DNA of 64,000 bases, taken from Flaccisagitta enflata (lineage: Eukaryota). The stretch's first letter is position 1. Each line of letters starts with the position of its first letter. Both the position numbers and the translations under genes were made by a program. The stretch lies in assembly GCA_965153355.1 (NCBI GenBank), contig OZ231126.1, positions 15,004,001-15,068,000 on the forward strand, in the 5' to 3' direction. Positions 1 through 23,534 of this stretch are shown piece by piece. The notes beneath the pieces are model-generated. The model was not told the origin of the DNA, searched no databases, and saw only the letters and a program-made list of their open reading frames with translations.

Positions 1-157
1 AAAAGGAAAAGGAGATTTCATCAAAAACGGAGATCGTATCAAAAATAGGACAAAGTTGAGATCTTTCTTTTCTTTCTCCTGTCACGCCCATTACCCTCCC
101 TTACCCTCCCTCTTCCTCCCCTTTCTCCTCCGACTATCCCTTCTTTCTTTCTTTATT

Positions 158-224
<67 letters not shown>

Positions 225-775
225 AGCTTTCTAGCTTTCTTTCTCTCTTTCTTTCTTTCTTTCTCTCTTTCTTTCTTTCTTTCTTTCTTACTTTCTTCCT
301 TTCTTTCTTTCTTTCTCTCTTTCTTTTTATTTTTAATTCTCTATTTTTTTTTCTATTTTTTTTCTTTCGTTCTTTTTTTCTTTCTCTCTTTCTTTCTTTT
401 CTGCTTTCAATATTTTTTCTTTCCTTCCTTCCCTCTTTTTTAGTTCTTTCTTTTGACTTTTTTCTTTCTTTTTCCCCTTTTTTGTCTTTTCTTTTTTCTT
501 TCTGCCTTATTTTTTTCTTTTTTGCTGTTGTTGTACTTTCCATTCGTCTATTCTTTTTTTCTTTTCTTTCTTTCTGTCGTTGTCAACGCCGGCACCATTT
601 TCCTTCTCCTCCTCCTCATGTGCTACCTCCTCCTCATTGACCCTCGGCTGACCGCAAGTGGGATGTCCGGCAGTCAAATTCTCCACTAAAAATGACAGTT
701 AAAAACCCCTTCATCAGGCTTCTGTTGCGCGCGGCCCGTGCCACAAAGGAAACAAGAGCAGTCAGAGAGAGAGAG

Positions 776-889
<114 letters not shown>

Positions 890-1134
890 AAAGAAAGAAA
901 ACAGACACACACGCATACACACACGCATACATACACGCACACACACACACACACGTTCTGGCACTACGTGGTTGACCCGGTCATTTGTCCCTCCTCCTCT
1001 GGCTCTGCAAAGACGGGAGTTGATTTTGGTGTTCGTTTTTGCTCTGTGCTTGTGTGGGGGAAGGGGGGGGGGGCATTCTGTTCGTCTGTTAGTCTTTTTT
1101 TTCCTCATCCTTGTTCTCCCTCTCTGGCTCTCCC

Positions 1135-1333
<199 letters not shown>

Positions 1334-2528
1334 GTTGCAAGTGACGCTCGATGGCATCGAGCTGAATACAGAATAGTGATTACTACTATTCATTCCATTT
1401 TAATTTTTGAGGTTCCTTTGCCAGACACGATTTTCGTTGATTGCGGTTCACAATCAGAACCACTCGTTCAACGCAGACCCAAGAAATAGGATCATATACT
1501 AATAAAATGCTCAAATTCGCTCAATCTCCACGGAATAGACATTGAGCGAGAAACATTGCGCTAAGCTCATTTTTTTAAGTTTGAACTAAACCAAAAAACA
1601 TGGAATGCCTAAGACAGAGTGCCCACGAAGCCAACATTTAGGGTATCAAAATGGCTCAAAATAGTAAATATACATGAGTGAAAATAGAAAAACAAGTGAA
1701 TAAAAATGATTAAGATAAGACATGCATGATATTTGAAAACAAAATTTGCATCGGTTTAGCAAGAGACTCAGATTTAGCTTAGATTACTGAGGAAGATTTA
1801 CTGAAAATTTCTCCAAATTTCTTTTTTGTCACTGACAAGGGGTTGGTCGAAATTTTAAGTTTGCATAGAAAATGAAAAAACGAAAAAACAAAGAACATAG
1901 TTCTCATCCCAAATCGTTTTTAGAGAAAACTATGTCTTTGAAAATGCAAAATTCTTTTGGGTGTGGCTTTCTTATAATTTCGACCTGAGAAAATAGAAAA
2001 AAATGTCAACAGAATTTCACTAAAAATCTTCATTTTTTTTGCCATTTTCCGTGAGAATGGTTTATCAAAAGGCGATTTAAAGTGTAAAATATGGAATAGA
2101 CGTACATATCAAGTGTATCCAATGACAACTTGAGCAATGATAACATTTGTAGATAGATAATTAGTCCATTATTGATGCAAAAGTGGGGTGAAGCGCTTCA
2201 TTTTTCCCTGGCAGATTTCACGTCCTAAGCCAAGAAAATGTCAATCAAAAAATACATTCGAGTCGTAGTGATGGATGGACCAACTGACATGATATGGTAT
2301 GGAGACTTATGGAGTTGCGTGTTTTCAACTTACAATCAAAATCGAGCTGGTTATGACGCCTGTATCGTATATCCGTCTTTCGTAGAAAATGAAACCGCAA
2401 CTGAATTCAAAACAAGTCATGTGTGATCAAAGCCTTTTTAAAGTGCTTTTTGTTGGCCATAGAGGCAGTCTTTTAATCAATCACTTTCAATAGATCAATT
2501 CCAAGTAAACCGTACATTTTCTTCCATC

Positions 2529-12902
<10,374 letters not shown>

Positions 12903-13428
12903 GGAGTATGGGAAACGTGACAGAAAAGGCAAATATGTCTTGTCAATTTTCGCTTCCCTGACTCGGCTTTTATGTACTGCCCACTTCCTTTGTAAGCCAA
13001 CAATTCGGATCGCTATCACTAGTATCACTACCTATTAGTATTACATTTTATCTCAGATATTCACAATGATGAAAATGAACATTTTGTAAAATAACAACTG
13101 GGTCATTATCATTCTACCTTATAGATGTTACGTCCTTTGCAAAAATGAAAAACCGTTAAGTCTAAAGACTAATATCTTCAGTCTAAAGACTAATATCTTC
13201 AGTCTAAAGAGCTTCAATTTAGAGCACTTTCGCAGTGATCTGAATCGTTCCTCTTTGAAAAGGAAATCCGTTTATTCCGACCCTAATTCATTTTCCCCAT
13301 TCACGCCGTCATCTCTGATGCTCGTCAATTCTAAACCATTTCTCCGCTCTTTTTTCTGCCATCGAATTTTCAATTCTCCCCCCTTCCCTCCTCCTCTCAC
13401 CCATTCGGCCTTCACCCTTCCCTCACTT

Positions 13429-13492
<64 letters not shown>

Positions 13493-13882
13493 CCTCTGTT
13501 TTTTCTGCTGCAACAGGACCCACTTGCTTCGCTCTCTTCCCCTCAATATTCCTTCGATCTATCCATAACACGTGCCGCTCGCGCGAATCAAAGCCATCTG
13601 TTCCCAAGTTTTTGTTTTTTTCCTCTCTCTCGTGCGCTCGCTCTCCACTCGTCAATATTTTCGTGCTCTTTTTTTCTGTCCTGTCTCTCTATCTTTCTTT
13701 ACCTTTTAAGTCGCGTGCACGCGACTCAGTAACCCGCTATGTTGGCCGGTTGGTCTGGTCTGTCCATGAAAGGTTTTTGCATCCTGCCTATTTAGACCGT
13801 AAGTACCCGCTTAGCTTTTGACATACCTGCCCCTGCACGCTAGTTGGGTAGCCGTGTATTCGGTTTTGTTTTCTCGGTCTGT

Positions 13883-14053
<171 letters not shown>

Positions 14054-14181
14054 CAATCCTCCGGCTCTCATAACCCCATACTATCTTCCTCCCTTTCCCT
14101 TCCAACTTCCCTTTCTTTTGCTTCGATTCCTCATTCCCATAGGCGTCATAGAAGAAGACCCCCTCTGGCAGGAAAATGGAG

Positions 14182-15544
14182 CGCCAACCCCTCTTTTTTT
14201 TCCTTCCTCCTCCTCCTCCACTTCTTTTCTTCCTCATCTTCCACCGCGACCAAGTGTGAAATGTGACTGTTTTAGATGCGTCATCGTGGTGAGATCTCGA
14301 CGACGCAATGTTATTGGTTTTGGGGTAAACATAATCACGAGTGTTCATGAATACTATTGACTGAAGGGAGGACAGGATTGATTGGCACGGTTTAAAGGCG
14401 TATGGCGCTGGACTAATCGATCATATGCAAGTCTACAAGCATTCAGCTCGTGTCCAATCTCCATACCATTTTTATTCGCGTGCTACGCGACTCTTCCCCC
14501 CGCTTTGTCTGTCCGTCCGTCCGTCCGTCCCACATTTCCTTTCGTGATTTTCATTCTTTAAACTCACTGCTCCTGCCCAAATGGTCCAGTGGCCTCAAAT
14601 ATGGCCCCTGCCCACCCGCACGCGATTGAGATCCGACCTTTGTTTTAAAAGGTACCATCTTAAATTATATCCAACCCCGCAGCATCGGATCTAAGAAAAG
14701 AAGTTATCCGCCCACAACACAATCCCTTTCCATGCAATAAAAACAAGGCCGGATACACGGGCCAAGACGGTGCGCCGAGCGTTTTTTATTCATAGCTATC
14801 CCTAGCTCCATCAGACTTATCCCTAGCTCTATCAGGCCTCTCCCGAGCTCTATCAGACCTTTCCCAAGCTCTTATCAGACCTATCACCAGCTCTATCAGA
14901 CCTTTCCCAAGCTCTATCAGACCTATCAACAGCTCTATCAGACCTATCCCCAGCTCTATCAGACCTATCCGACCTATCCGATCTATCACCAGACCTATCC
15001 GACCTATCCCCAGCTCTATAAGACCTAACCGTAACTGATTATATTAGTATCATTTATGATATATATGATATATATGATATATATGATATATATGTTATAT
15101 ATGATATATGATATGATATGATATATGATATGATTTATGATATGATATGATATATGATATGATATGATATATGATATGATACATGATATATGATATGATA
15201 TATGACAGGATATATGACAGGATATATGATATGATATGATATGATATCTGATATGATATATGATATGATATATGATATATGATATATGATATATGATATA
15301 TGATATATGATATGATATATGATATATGATATGATATATGATATATGATATGATATATGATATGATATATGATATGATATATGATATGATATATGATATG
15401 ATATATGATATATGATATATGATATATGATATATGATATATGATATATGATATGATATGATATATGATGTATATATATATATGAAATGATGTATGATAAA
15501 GATGAGAAAGAGTGTTTTTCAGATTCTGTTTCACGGAAAACTAG
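14182..15544. repeat. direct repeat copy 1 (1363 bp), putative giant target-site duplication of the LINE
   Basis: Matches 31501-32883 except for 2 substitutions seen, a 9-bp unit in the 21-bp minisatellite and length of the (ATATG)n array. Abuts the LINE tail. Confidence 0.9.
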
Positions 15545-15805
15545 AAATTGAAATTGAAATTGAAATACATCTATTTAACCCGAGACATGTTAAGGACACA
15601 AGATCAATAAACATATCCAAAAGGGTGCGTGCATGTGTAGTGCATAAAACTAATTTGATGGCACAAGATACATGAGCGTGAAATTTTACAACAGGCTTTG
15701 CGAGAATATATCAAATTGGGCAGAAAAGCTAAATGGTTGCGAAAGCAGTGTCGTCGTTTGGGCTAAAAGCAAAAGCTACATTCCGACGGCTGCGTTTATA
15801 CTTGG

Positions 15806-16674
15806 TGTTAGAAATGTATGTCCGTCCGTCTATTAAGTATGAGTGCATTTGTTTCTTTTGCGTGCTTTTGGTTTTTCTTCTTTTCCTGTTATTCAGTGCC
15901 GGCGTCTTTTGTTTCTCGCCATTTTTTATATTGGACGCTAGATGGGTAACCATATGGTTGCGCCTTGTATTTTGTGCCATTTGTTTTTATTACGTAGGCA
16001 AACATACGTAACTCGTCTTTCGTATCATCCAATTTTGGATTGATTGATTTTATTATTTACGGCATTGCTTCTTAAAGTGATTGATTGATTTTTCGTGATC
16101 GATTGAATGCGCCCTTGGAATTCACTAATTTCAATAATCTCTCATCTTTTTATTGCAGATAAACTTATGAACGGACAATTAACGTTAGTTTGACATCGAC
16201 AGACTGTGGGTTGAAACCAACGAAAGTGGGCCTAAAAGTAAGTTTTATAGACGCGTCTTTGCTTTTATTAACGTTGTTTTTATCTTGTCTTCCGGTCTGA
16301 TTTTAGTATGGTTTTTATCGCTTGCCCGATCAGCTTGCTATAGGGATGATATGAATGAATTTAATGGGATGGGCCGGGGCAGGTATTATCAGGTGGCATG
16401 GGCTCTGAAGAAGATGAACATGTTGTCATGTGCTGTTTCTGTCCTTTATTGTGTCCTATCTCGATTTCATGTTATCTTTTGCGTTTGCTGATCACCATTA
16501 ACGCCCACTTTCCCTTTCATTTTTCCCCCTCTCTTCAGTTGTTGAAATTTTTATGGAATAAACGAGACGATCGCCTTCCTATTTTCCAATCGGCCAACTT
16601 TCTTTCACCACAAGTCGTCAGTCAGATAGACGCTCATAGACAGTGCCAGTTGAAACTCGTGGGCGTAATTTATA
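15806..16674 (+). repeat. 5' LTR (869 bp)
   Basis: tgttagaaatg...gcgtaatttata. Differs from the 3' LTR by 2 substitutions, a 1-bp indel and a 6-bp indel (by eye). AATAAA at 16557. Confidence 0.93.
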
Positions 16675-16733
16675 TTTCAGCAATTTAAAAGCAACTCGAC
16701 TCTTTACATCTTGACCTCCAGCGAAATTGGACA

Positions 16734-19700
16734 ATGGCGGCGCGGCAGCGACGACACCGTCTCGGCTGCTTCAACGTCATCTCGTGTATCTCACTTCGGT
16801 TTGAATCAGTGTCCGAGGTCGGATCGTTTGCGCGCGATGAGAAACGACATCACGGCGGAGATGGAAGGATGCCGGCGCCTTTTCGACGCCGTTGCCGCTT
16901 ACGCCGAAGGATCGAATGATTTCGACGACGCCGCATGTGAATCAGATGGCGCTCGACACGGCCTTCGGGATATGGTCTACGACTTTATATCATACGCAAG
17001 GCAAATGGCGCTCGACTCGATGCCCGGCGACCCTCTTCGGTCGCGGCGTCCACTCTGCGTCGAATCCGGCGCGAATGGAACTCCATGCGTTTCTTCGATC
17101 GTGAAAACTATCCAGAGGGTTTTCCTTCCAACGCCGACATCGTTAACGCAATGCACAATGACATTGGGAATCGTAAAAGACCCGTCAATGAATTCTCATG
17201 GAACAGTCTCCCAACTGACACTCATGCCCGTGACAATGTGACTGGGCTCCAACACCAAGGATGCGGAACGTCTTGCCAAACCGACGGATCCGAGTATCTA
17301 CCACTTCCGGCCCCGCGACATAGTGCGCAATCTCCAACTGGCGGTCAATTTTAAATCTGCCGCCGATCCAAAGGAGATGCCGTCAATCAGTGGGTCTCGG
17401 ATTTGGTCTCGGAAATTGAACCTGCGCGTGCGTCTCCGATGGAGCAAGCTGACGACATGCTTGCGGATCTCGACGACGCCGATGCTCTTGCAAGAGGTCG
17501 TGGGATTATCAACGGACTGACGCCGCAGGAGAGGGCGAGGCGACGCTTCGTCAACAGGAGTGCGGAGAGAGACAGATGGGGTAGACAGCTGGAGGAGGAA
17601 ATGCGACAAGGCCGGCGGCTGATAGATGATTTGCAGCAGCAACAACGGGAGGAGGAGCAGCGACAGCAGGACAACAGCAGCAGCATCAATTGCAGATGCA
17701 GCAGCAGCAGCTCCAACAGCAACGTCAACTCCACCGACCACAGGAGCAGCAGCAAACGACAGCTCAACGGCAGCAGCAAGAGCTGTTGCAGCAGCAGCAG
17801 TTGCAGCAACTTCAACAATTTCGTCAACAAGACCAACAACAACGTCAAGTCTTGCAGCCGGCGCCACAACATGTGGTTCAACAACAACAACAACGGCGGC
17901 AGCAGCAGCAACAGCAGCAACAGACAGCAACAAGGGCTGCAACAACATCAACGGTTATGCTTGCCGCATGAACAACAACAACAGCGGCAAAATAATGAAG
18001 ATGAACGTATGCAACAGCAACTGCAGCAGCAACAGCAACCTTCCGCCGCGATCCCAGCGGTGGTAGTGGATCCTCCAGCGTCAAATAACCATCCTGTCGA
18101 AAGCATGAGCGTCAGTGAAGAAACAGAAGAAGAAGAGAGACAGCAGCGCCTTGCAGAACACGTCTGCGCATGATGGCTGAAGGTGAAGGTGGTGGTGCAG
18201 CAACAGCTCCAAAGGCGCCGATCGCGGTGCCATTGGGATTCCAACAGCGAAGCTCATCACAAGAAGACAAAGAGTTGTACGACAGAATGTGTAACTTTCG
18301 CCAGCAGCAGCAACGAGATAAAGATAGAAGAGCAGGAGTATTCAATAATGCGGCAGAAATGCAACGAAAACACTGGAATAGCCTGAACGACGGCGGCATT
18401 GGTGGAGCTTTAGAGCAGCGGGATGTGAAGCTTAGACAACTGTCTGAGCTGGACAAGCAGCAGCCGCAGCATCCGCCAAAAGACCGTCGATCTATCTTCT
18501 TCAATCCGGGATTGTTTCGAACTTACAGCAACGTCATGTGCAGTCAGTGGAAGCGTCCGTCAAGCAGCCGATGCAGCAGCAACAGTTGGAGCAGCAGCAG
18601 CAGCAAGGACAGCGTCAGCGTCAACTGCAGCAGCAGAATGAACAGCAACAGCATCCTGACCAGCAACAGCAGCTTCAACATCAACAGTGGCAGCAGCAAC
18701 GGCTTCAACAACTGCAACAGCATCAGGATCAGCATCACCAAACCCCAGCAGCAACGATTCTCCCTACCGCACCGGAAGTGATCTTCGAGAAGCAGATTGG
18801 TTCTGCTAGAAGGGAGACTGAACTTCCCCGTCAAGAGGAAAAGGTCTTCAACACAGCCGGAAGCGGAGGTGATGCAACGGAGGCGATGCGCAGGAGGCAG
18901 AAGCAGGAGGCCGCTGACGCGAAGTTGGCACAGCAGCTGCAAGATAAGGAGAGAAGAAAAGTCGCTCCCAAGAAGGCAATGAGTGGATTGCAGCCGAAGG
19001 CGCCAAAAGTAGCGCAAGCGCCTCTAGCAACGCCTCAAGCGGAAGTCATCCAGCAGAATCAACGTTTGCAGCAGGAAGTGGATAGTTTGAAGATGCAGAT
19101 TCAGCAGAGAGACTTTGACCTTGCCGCAGCGAGAGAAGAAGAGAAACAACGTAAAGAAGAACAACAACAGCGACAGTACGTCCGCCAAGATTTTGATGCT
19201 CCCCGATTCCATCAAGATGATCGTCAACAACAAATGAATCAGCAGGAAGAAGTTGGGTGGAGTGTGAAAACTACCAAAAAGAGATCTCCGGTCAAGGTCG
19301 GGGGTCAATACGCGTTCACCCAACAAGAGCCAGCGTATCATCAGGTGGAGCTTCATCAAGTAGCTCGTCAACCGGAAGTCCATGTACAGATGCCCAACAA
19401 TCCGGCTCTGGACATGTTCCTGGAGAGGGCGGCGTACAACGATTATATGCGAGCAAGGGAGGTCGGCCTCAAAGCATTGGAGAGAGCAAGACCTGAGAAG
19501 CCTCTGCAGGAGCTTTCATCCACCGATTTCATGATGTGGAAGAGGAAGTTCAAAGATGCTGAAAAGCATGAAGGCTTGACGCAAATGGACATTTTATTGG
19601 AATTGCCTAAGTGGTTTGCTGGTCCAGCAAAGGAGATCATTGAAACTGCGACGATTGATGCAACTGAAGCGACAGCAAGAGGAGAGATTGACGACGCCTT

Positions 19701-20597
19701 CGCAAAAATGGACGTCGTCTTTATGGCAAGGCGCTGCAACATTGCGGCGCTGTTCAACGAAATCGTCGCGGAGGCGGATCCAGTCGGCCGACCATGCAAG
19801 GCATTTCAATTTGTCTGCAAGGTTGCAAAGGCAAAGAAGATTGCGAGGACCTGTGGGAAGTGCAACACTGCTATCGTGACGAGCTGCTGCAGGAAATCCT
19901 CAATAAGAGGGTCCCTCATCTTGCAGATAAATTTTGGGAAAAGCAACATGAAGCAACCCAGAAAGGACAGTCATTTTCATTCGACAACTTGGTCAACATG
20001 ATTGAGACATGGGCGGTGATTCAGCGCAACAAAGGTGCAAGCTGCAAAACAGCGTCAGTGGCAGCAGTCGCAACGACAGAAAAAGAGGCGCCATCATCAT
20101 ACGAGGATGCTTTGACCAATGGCAAGCAAAAGATGCAGTCGACGGACCGCTGCAACGTCTGCAGTGGAATGCATCAAACAGAAGAATGTCATCAGCTGTT
20201 AGAGTTGGAAGTGGACGCGAGAGTTCAAAAGATCATGTCTCGTCGTCTTTGCTTCCACTGCCTCGCGCCAGGACACAACGCCAAAGGATGTGCAAACAGA
20301 CCAACTTGCCAGATCTGCAAGAAGCGGCACACAACAATTCTCCACGGGCGCACCTACAAGAAAGAGGAAAAGGAAGAGAAGAAAGGAGAGAATAAGCAGG
20401 GAAATAAAGTACCGCTGGCTCCCTTCAAAAAGTCAGAGGATGCGGCTGCAGCAACACCAACAGCTCCGTCGACGGCGGAGGCAGCCAATCCTCACGGAAG
20501 TGATCTCTTCCAACGTCACGGCATGACTGGCGGCGACGGCAGCGTCGCGGTCCGTCTCTTCATTCGGACGGCGTTGTCCGTCCGATTGTTCCAGTGA
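16734..20597 (+). pseudogene. frameshifted Bel/Pao gag with long Gln-rich N-terminal region
   Basis: Coding-like sequence hops among frames (ORFs 16711, 17085, 17403/17690, 18170, 18538, 19794). Bel/Pao knuckles CNVCSGMHQTEEC, CFHCLAPGHNAKGC and CQICKKRHTTILH. Start position approximate. Confidence 0.85.
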
Positions 20598-22455
20598 CTA
20601 TCATAAACAATTCTTCGGGTGTGCAGAGGACGATATACGCTATGATCGACTCAGGCGCTGATCGCGACGTGATCAGTACCAATGTTATTCGCAGTCTTCT
20701 GATTCCGACAAAAACAGTGCAAATGACGGTGATTACTGTGGGAAATCATGTTGTTGAGGATCGTTTCATCGCATCATTCACCATGAAGTCGGTCGACGAG
20801 GAATATGTCGTCGACATCAACGACGCGTTGGTGGGTGATTTGTTAACGAGTGAACGCGACATTCCTCCTTTTCTCCGCGACCTATCCGACCAACCTCACA
20901 TCAGAGATATAAAGTTTCCAGAGGCAGAAGGCGGTGTTATGATGATCATCGGAGCGGCGCATGCGGATGCCGCCGTCGCTCAGGAAGTCCGCCGAGGGCC
21001 TTCAGGATCCTTGACTTGCTTCAGATGTTTATTCGGTTGGACTGTATGTGGAAAAAGGGAAGAGGGGCGAGATTTTGCATCGATCAACGCCATCGCAACG
21101 GATGATCGCGTCCTCCACGACAGCATCGATCGCATCCTCGACAATCGCGTCCTCAACAGCAACATCGACCGCATCTTCTACCATGACTTTGCATCACCAA
21201 TCGTCTCGCAAGAGGAGATGGGCGATTCCCTTGAAAACATCAGAGCGTGCAAAATGTTAGAGGAAAAGACATACTTTTGCCCAATTGCAGCAAAGAATCT
21301 TCTTCCTAAACCGGAAGTGACGCAAGACGTCTTGGAGGAGGCGCGCAAACAGCTCGTCAAGTCAATGCAGCGGCAACATTATTCCGACGTTTTCGAACAA
21401 TTGGAGTTGGGAAAAGCCTTTAAGCCAGGAAGCCGTCGTGACTTTATCATCAAGAACAAGGAGGTGCTAAAGTTGAACCCTTTCGTCGATGACGACGGCA
21501 TCCCTCGCGTCGGCAGCCGATTGGAGAATGCCGACATCGCACATGACGCTAAATTTCCCTTCATCCTTCCGCCAAAAGACGAGGATGTGAAATCATTAAT
21601 TCGCCATTATCGTCATAATGATTTTCACGCGGGTGCAAAGCATACATTGTGCCAATTACGCCAATTTGTGTGGATTACAGAAGGTCTTCAGGCTGTCAAG
21701 AGCGTCGCCAACACGTGCTTCAGATGCCAGAAGAACTTTAAAAAGAACGCGAATCAGCGAATGGCTAATCTTCCATCAAATCGCATCAATCCTGCACCTG
21801 TTTTTACAGAGACCGGATTGGATATGTCAGCCGATGCGATGGTAAATGCAATCATCCGCTTTGCAGCAAGGCGCCCAGGAATCAACCGATTCACTTTAGA
21901 CTGTGGAACTAATCTAGTCATCGGTCTCTTCAAGCGCCATTTGCTTCCATCTCTACTGGCCATCCTTCACGTCGATGCCTTCAACACTGCTGTCGTCGAA
22001 GTTGAAGGAATTCTCAACCGTCGTCCTCTGACAGCGCTCAGTGATGATTAAATGATTCTGAGGCCCTCACACCGAATCATATCCTCAATCCATCAACATC
22101 CGGCAACGCCTCTCTGGATCTGGCGCAACAAGGCGTCAACTCTGACGCCGACTCAGCGAAGATTCAATGGAGGCGTGCGCAATCGCGTGTGGATGCGTTT
22201 TGGAAATCGTGGAGGGTCGAATATTTGTCGCTTCTTCACGCGCGAAGCAAATGGTCGAGATCCGAGAGAGACTTTGCGGTCGACGACATGGTCGTCGTCA
22301 TGGGCGAAACGCTGCCTCGTCACAATTGGAGTTTAGGACGCGTCATGGGTGTCGAAGGATCATCAGCCCATGTCCGGAGGGCTTATTCTCAACGCCAAGA
22401 TGAAAAGATCGTGAAAGACCGCATAAAGCTTCTGCGGCTGGGATTGGATTCATAA
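20594..22455 (+). pseudogene. deleted Bel/Pao pol: protease joined to partial integrase; RT and RNase H missing
   Basis: Protease YAMIDSGAD; LNPFVDDDGIPRVGSRL; integrase zinc-binding region HAG..CFRC; core fragments TGLD, RFAARR, DCGTNL, EVEGILNRRPL; then a frameshift to FWKSWRVEYLSLLHARSKW..WSLGRV. No RT YxDD region is present. Confidence 0.88.
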
Positions 22456-23534
22456 AAAACGCTAAGTTTTGAGAGAGAGAGAAAAAAGGCGCATGGGCCT
22501 GTCCATTAGTAACTATAGATATGAGTGATTGAAACTCTGACTTGTTATATTTACAAAGAGTTGTTATTATTCATATTTGGTTCTGATTATCCATGCTTTC
22601 ATCTTTCCTCTTGTCAATTATGTTATCCATTTCCATTAACACATCAAAAACACTGATTCATTCGCTCTGTCTACATGTACATATGATTGTGCCAAAATCC
22701 ATTCTTATCATTATCAGTTCGCGTTAACGAACATTTCAAAGCTTCCGCTGACGACGTTGTTCCATCTGCGAAGTCAGTCTACATCTTGAAGTCGCTCGTC
22801 GGAGTCAAGATGTCCCGTCAGCATCCGGCTCCACCTGCGCCTTTCGATGCGGTCGCCGTTTGACATCATTCATCGCCTTTCGCCCCGGAGTTGACGAGAT
22901 GTTGGAGCCAGAATGACCGCTCGTCTCTGTAATGGAGAAGGCGCAGGTGATGTGGTCGTTCCATGATGCTTACTAATTTTTTCTTTTACTTAACAGATTC
23001 GTTTTTATATATAGTTAGTAATTTATTTAATTTTGTCTTGTTTTGTTTGGTTCCTTGGAACATGTACATTTTTGTTGTGTTTGTTTTAGACATGTCTTTT
23101 TAATCTTTATTACGAATACTTTCGTATGATATGTTTTTAGTAGTATGCCCCTACTTATTATTTTCCACTCTCAAGTCAAATCCCAGGCTTGGAGTGCTCC
23201 AAGGCCCGTTCCCCCTTTCCCCCCCCTTTCCCCTTAACTTTTTCAGAACGGGTGCCTCAACCTCCTCGTCTCCGCCTCGTTTCCATCCGCGTCATCGTGA
23301 TCGTTGAAAATTTGCTGGTGGTGGATCCTTTCCGGACGGGAATCATCATTCGTGCAGTCGTCGATCTGTTGATAGTTAGGGTGGGGATGTAAGAGGCGGT
23401 GGACGGGGAGAGGGGCGGGGCTGTGTCTATGTAATTTTTTTAAGGAAGGTAGTATCGGTTTTTAGTAGGGTTTCCCGACTGGAAACTAGATGTCGGAGTT
23501 TTGAAATTCGTGAAATTCCAAAAATGGGGCAGAA

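Noticed and set aside
17298-19799. Antisense poly-Leu/Ala/Cys ORFs over gag, and ORFs antisense to LINE ORF1/ORF2
   Set aside because: Shadow frames of CAG/CAA-rich or long coding sequence.
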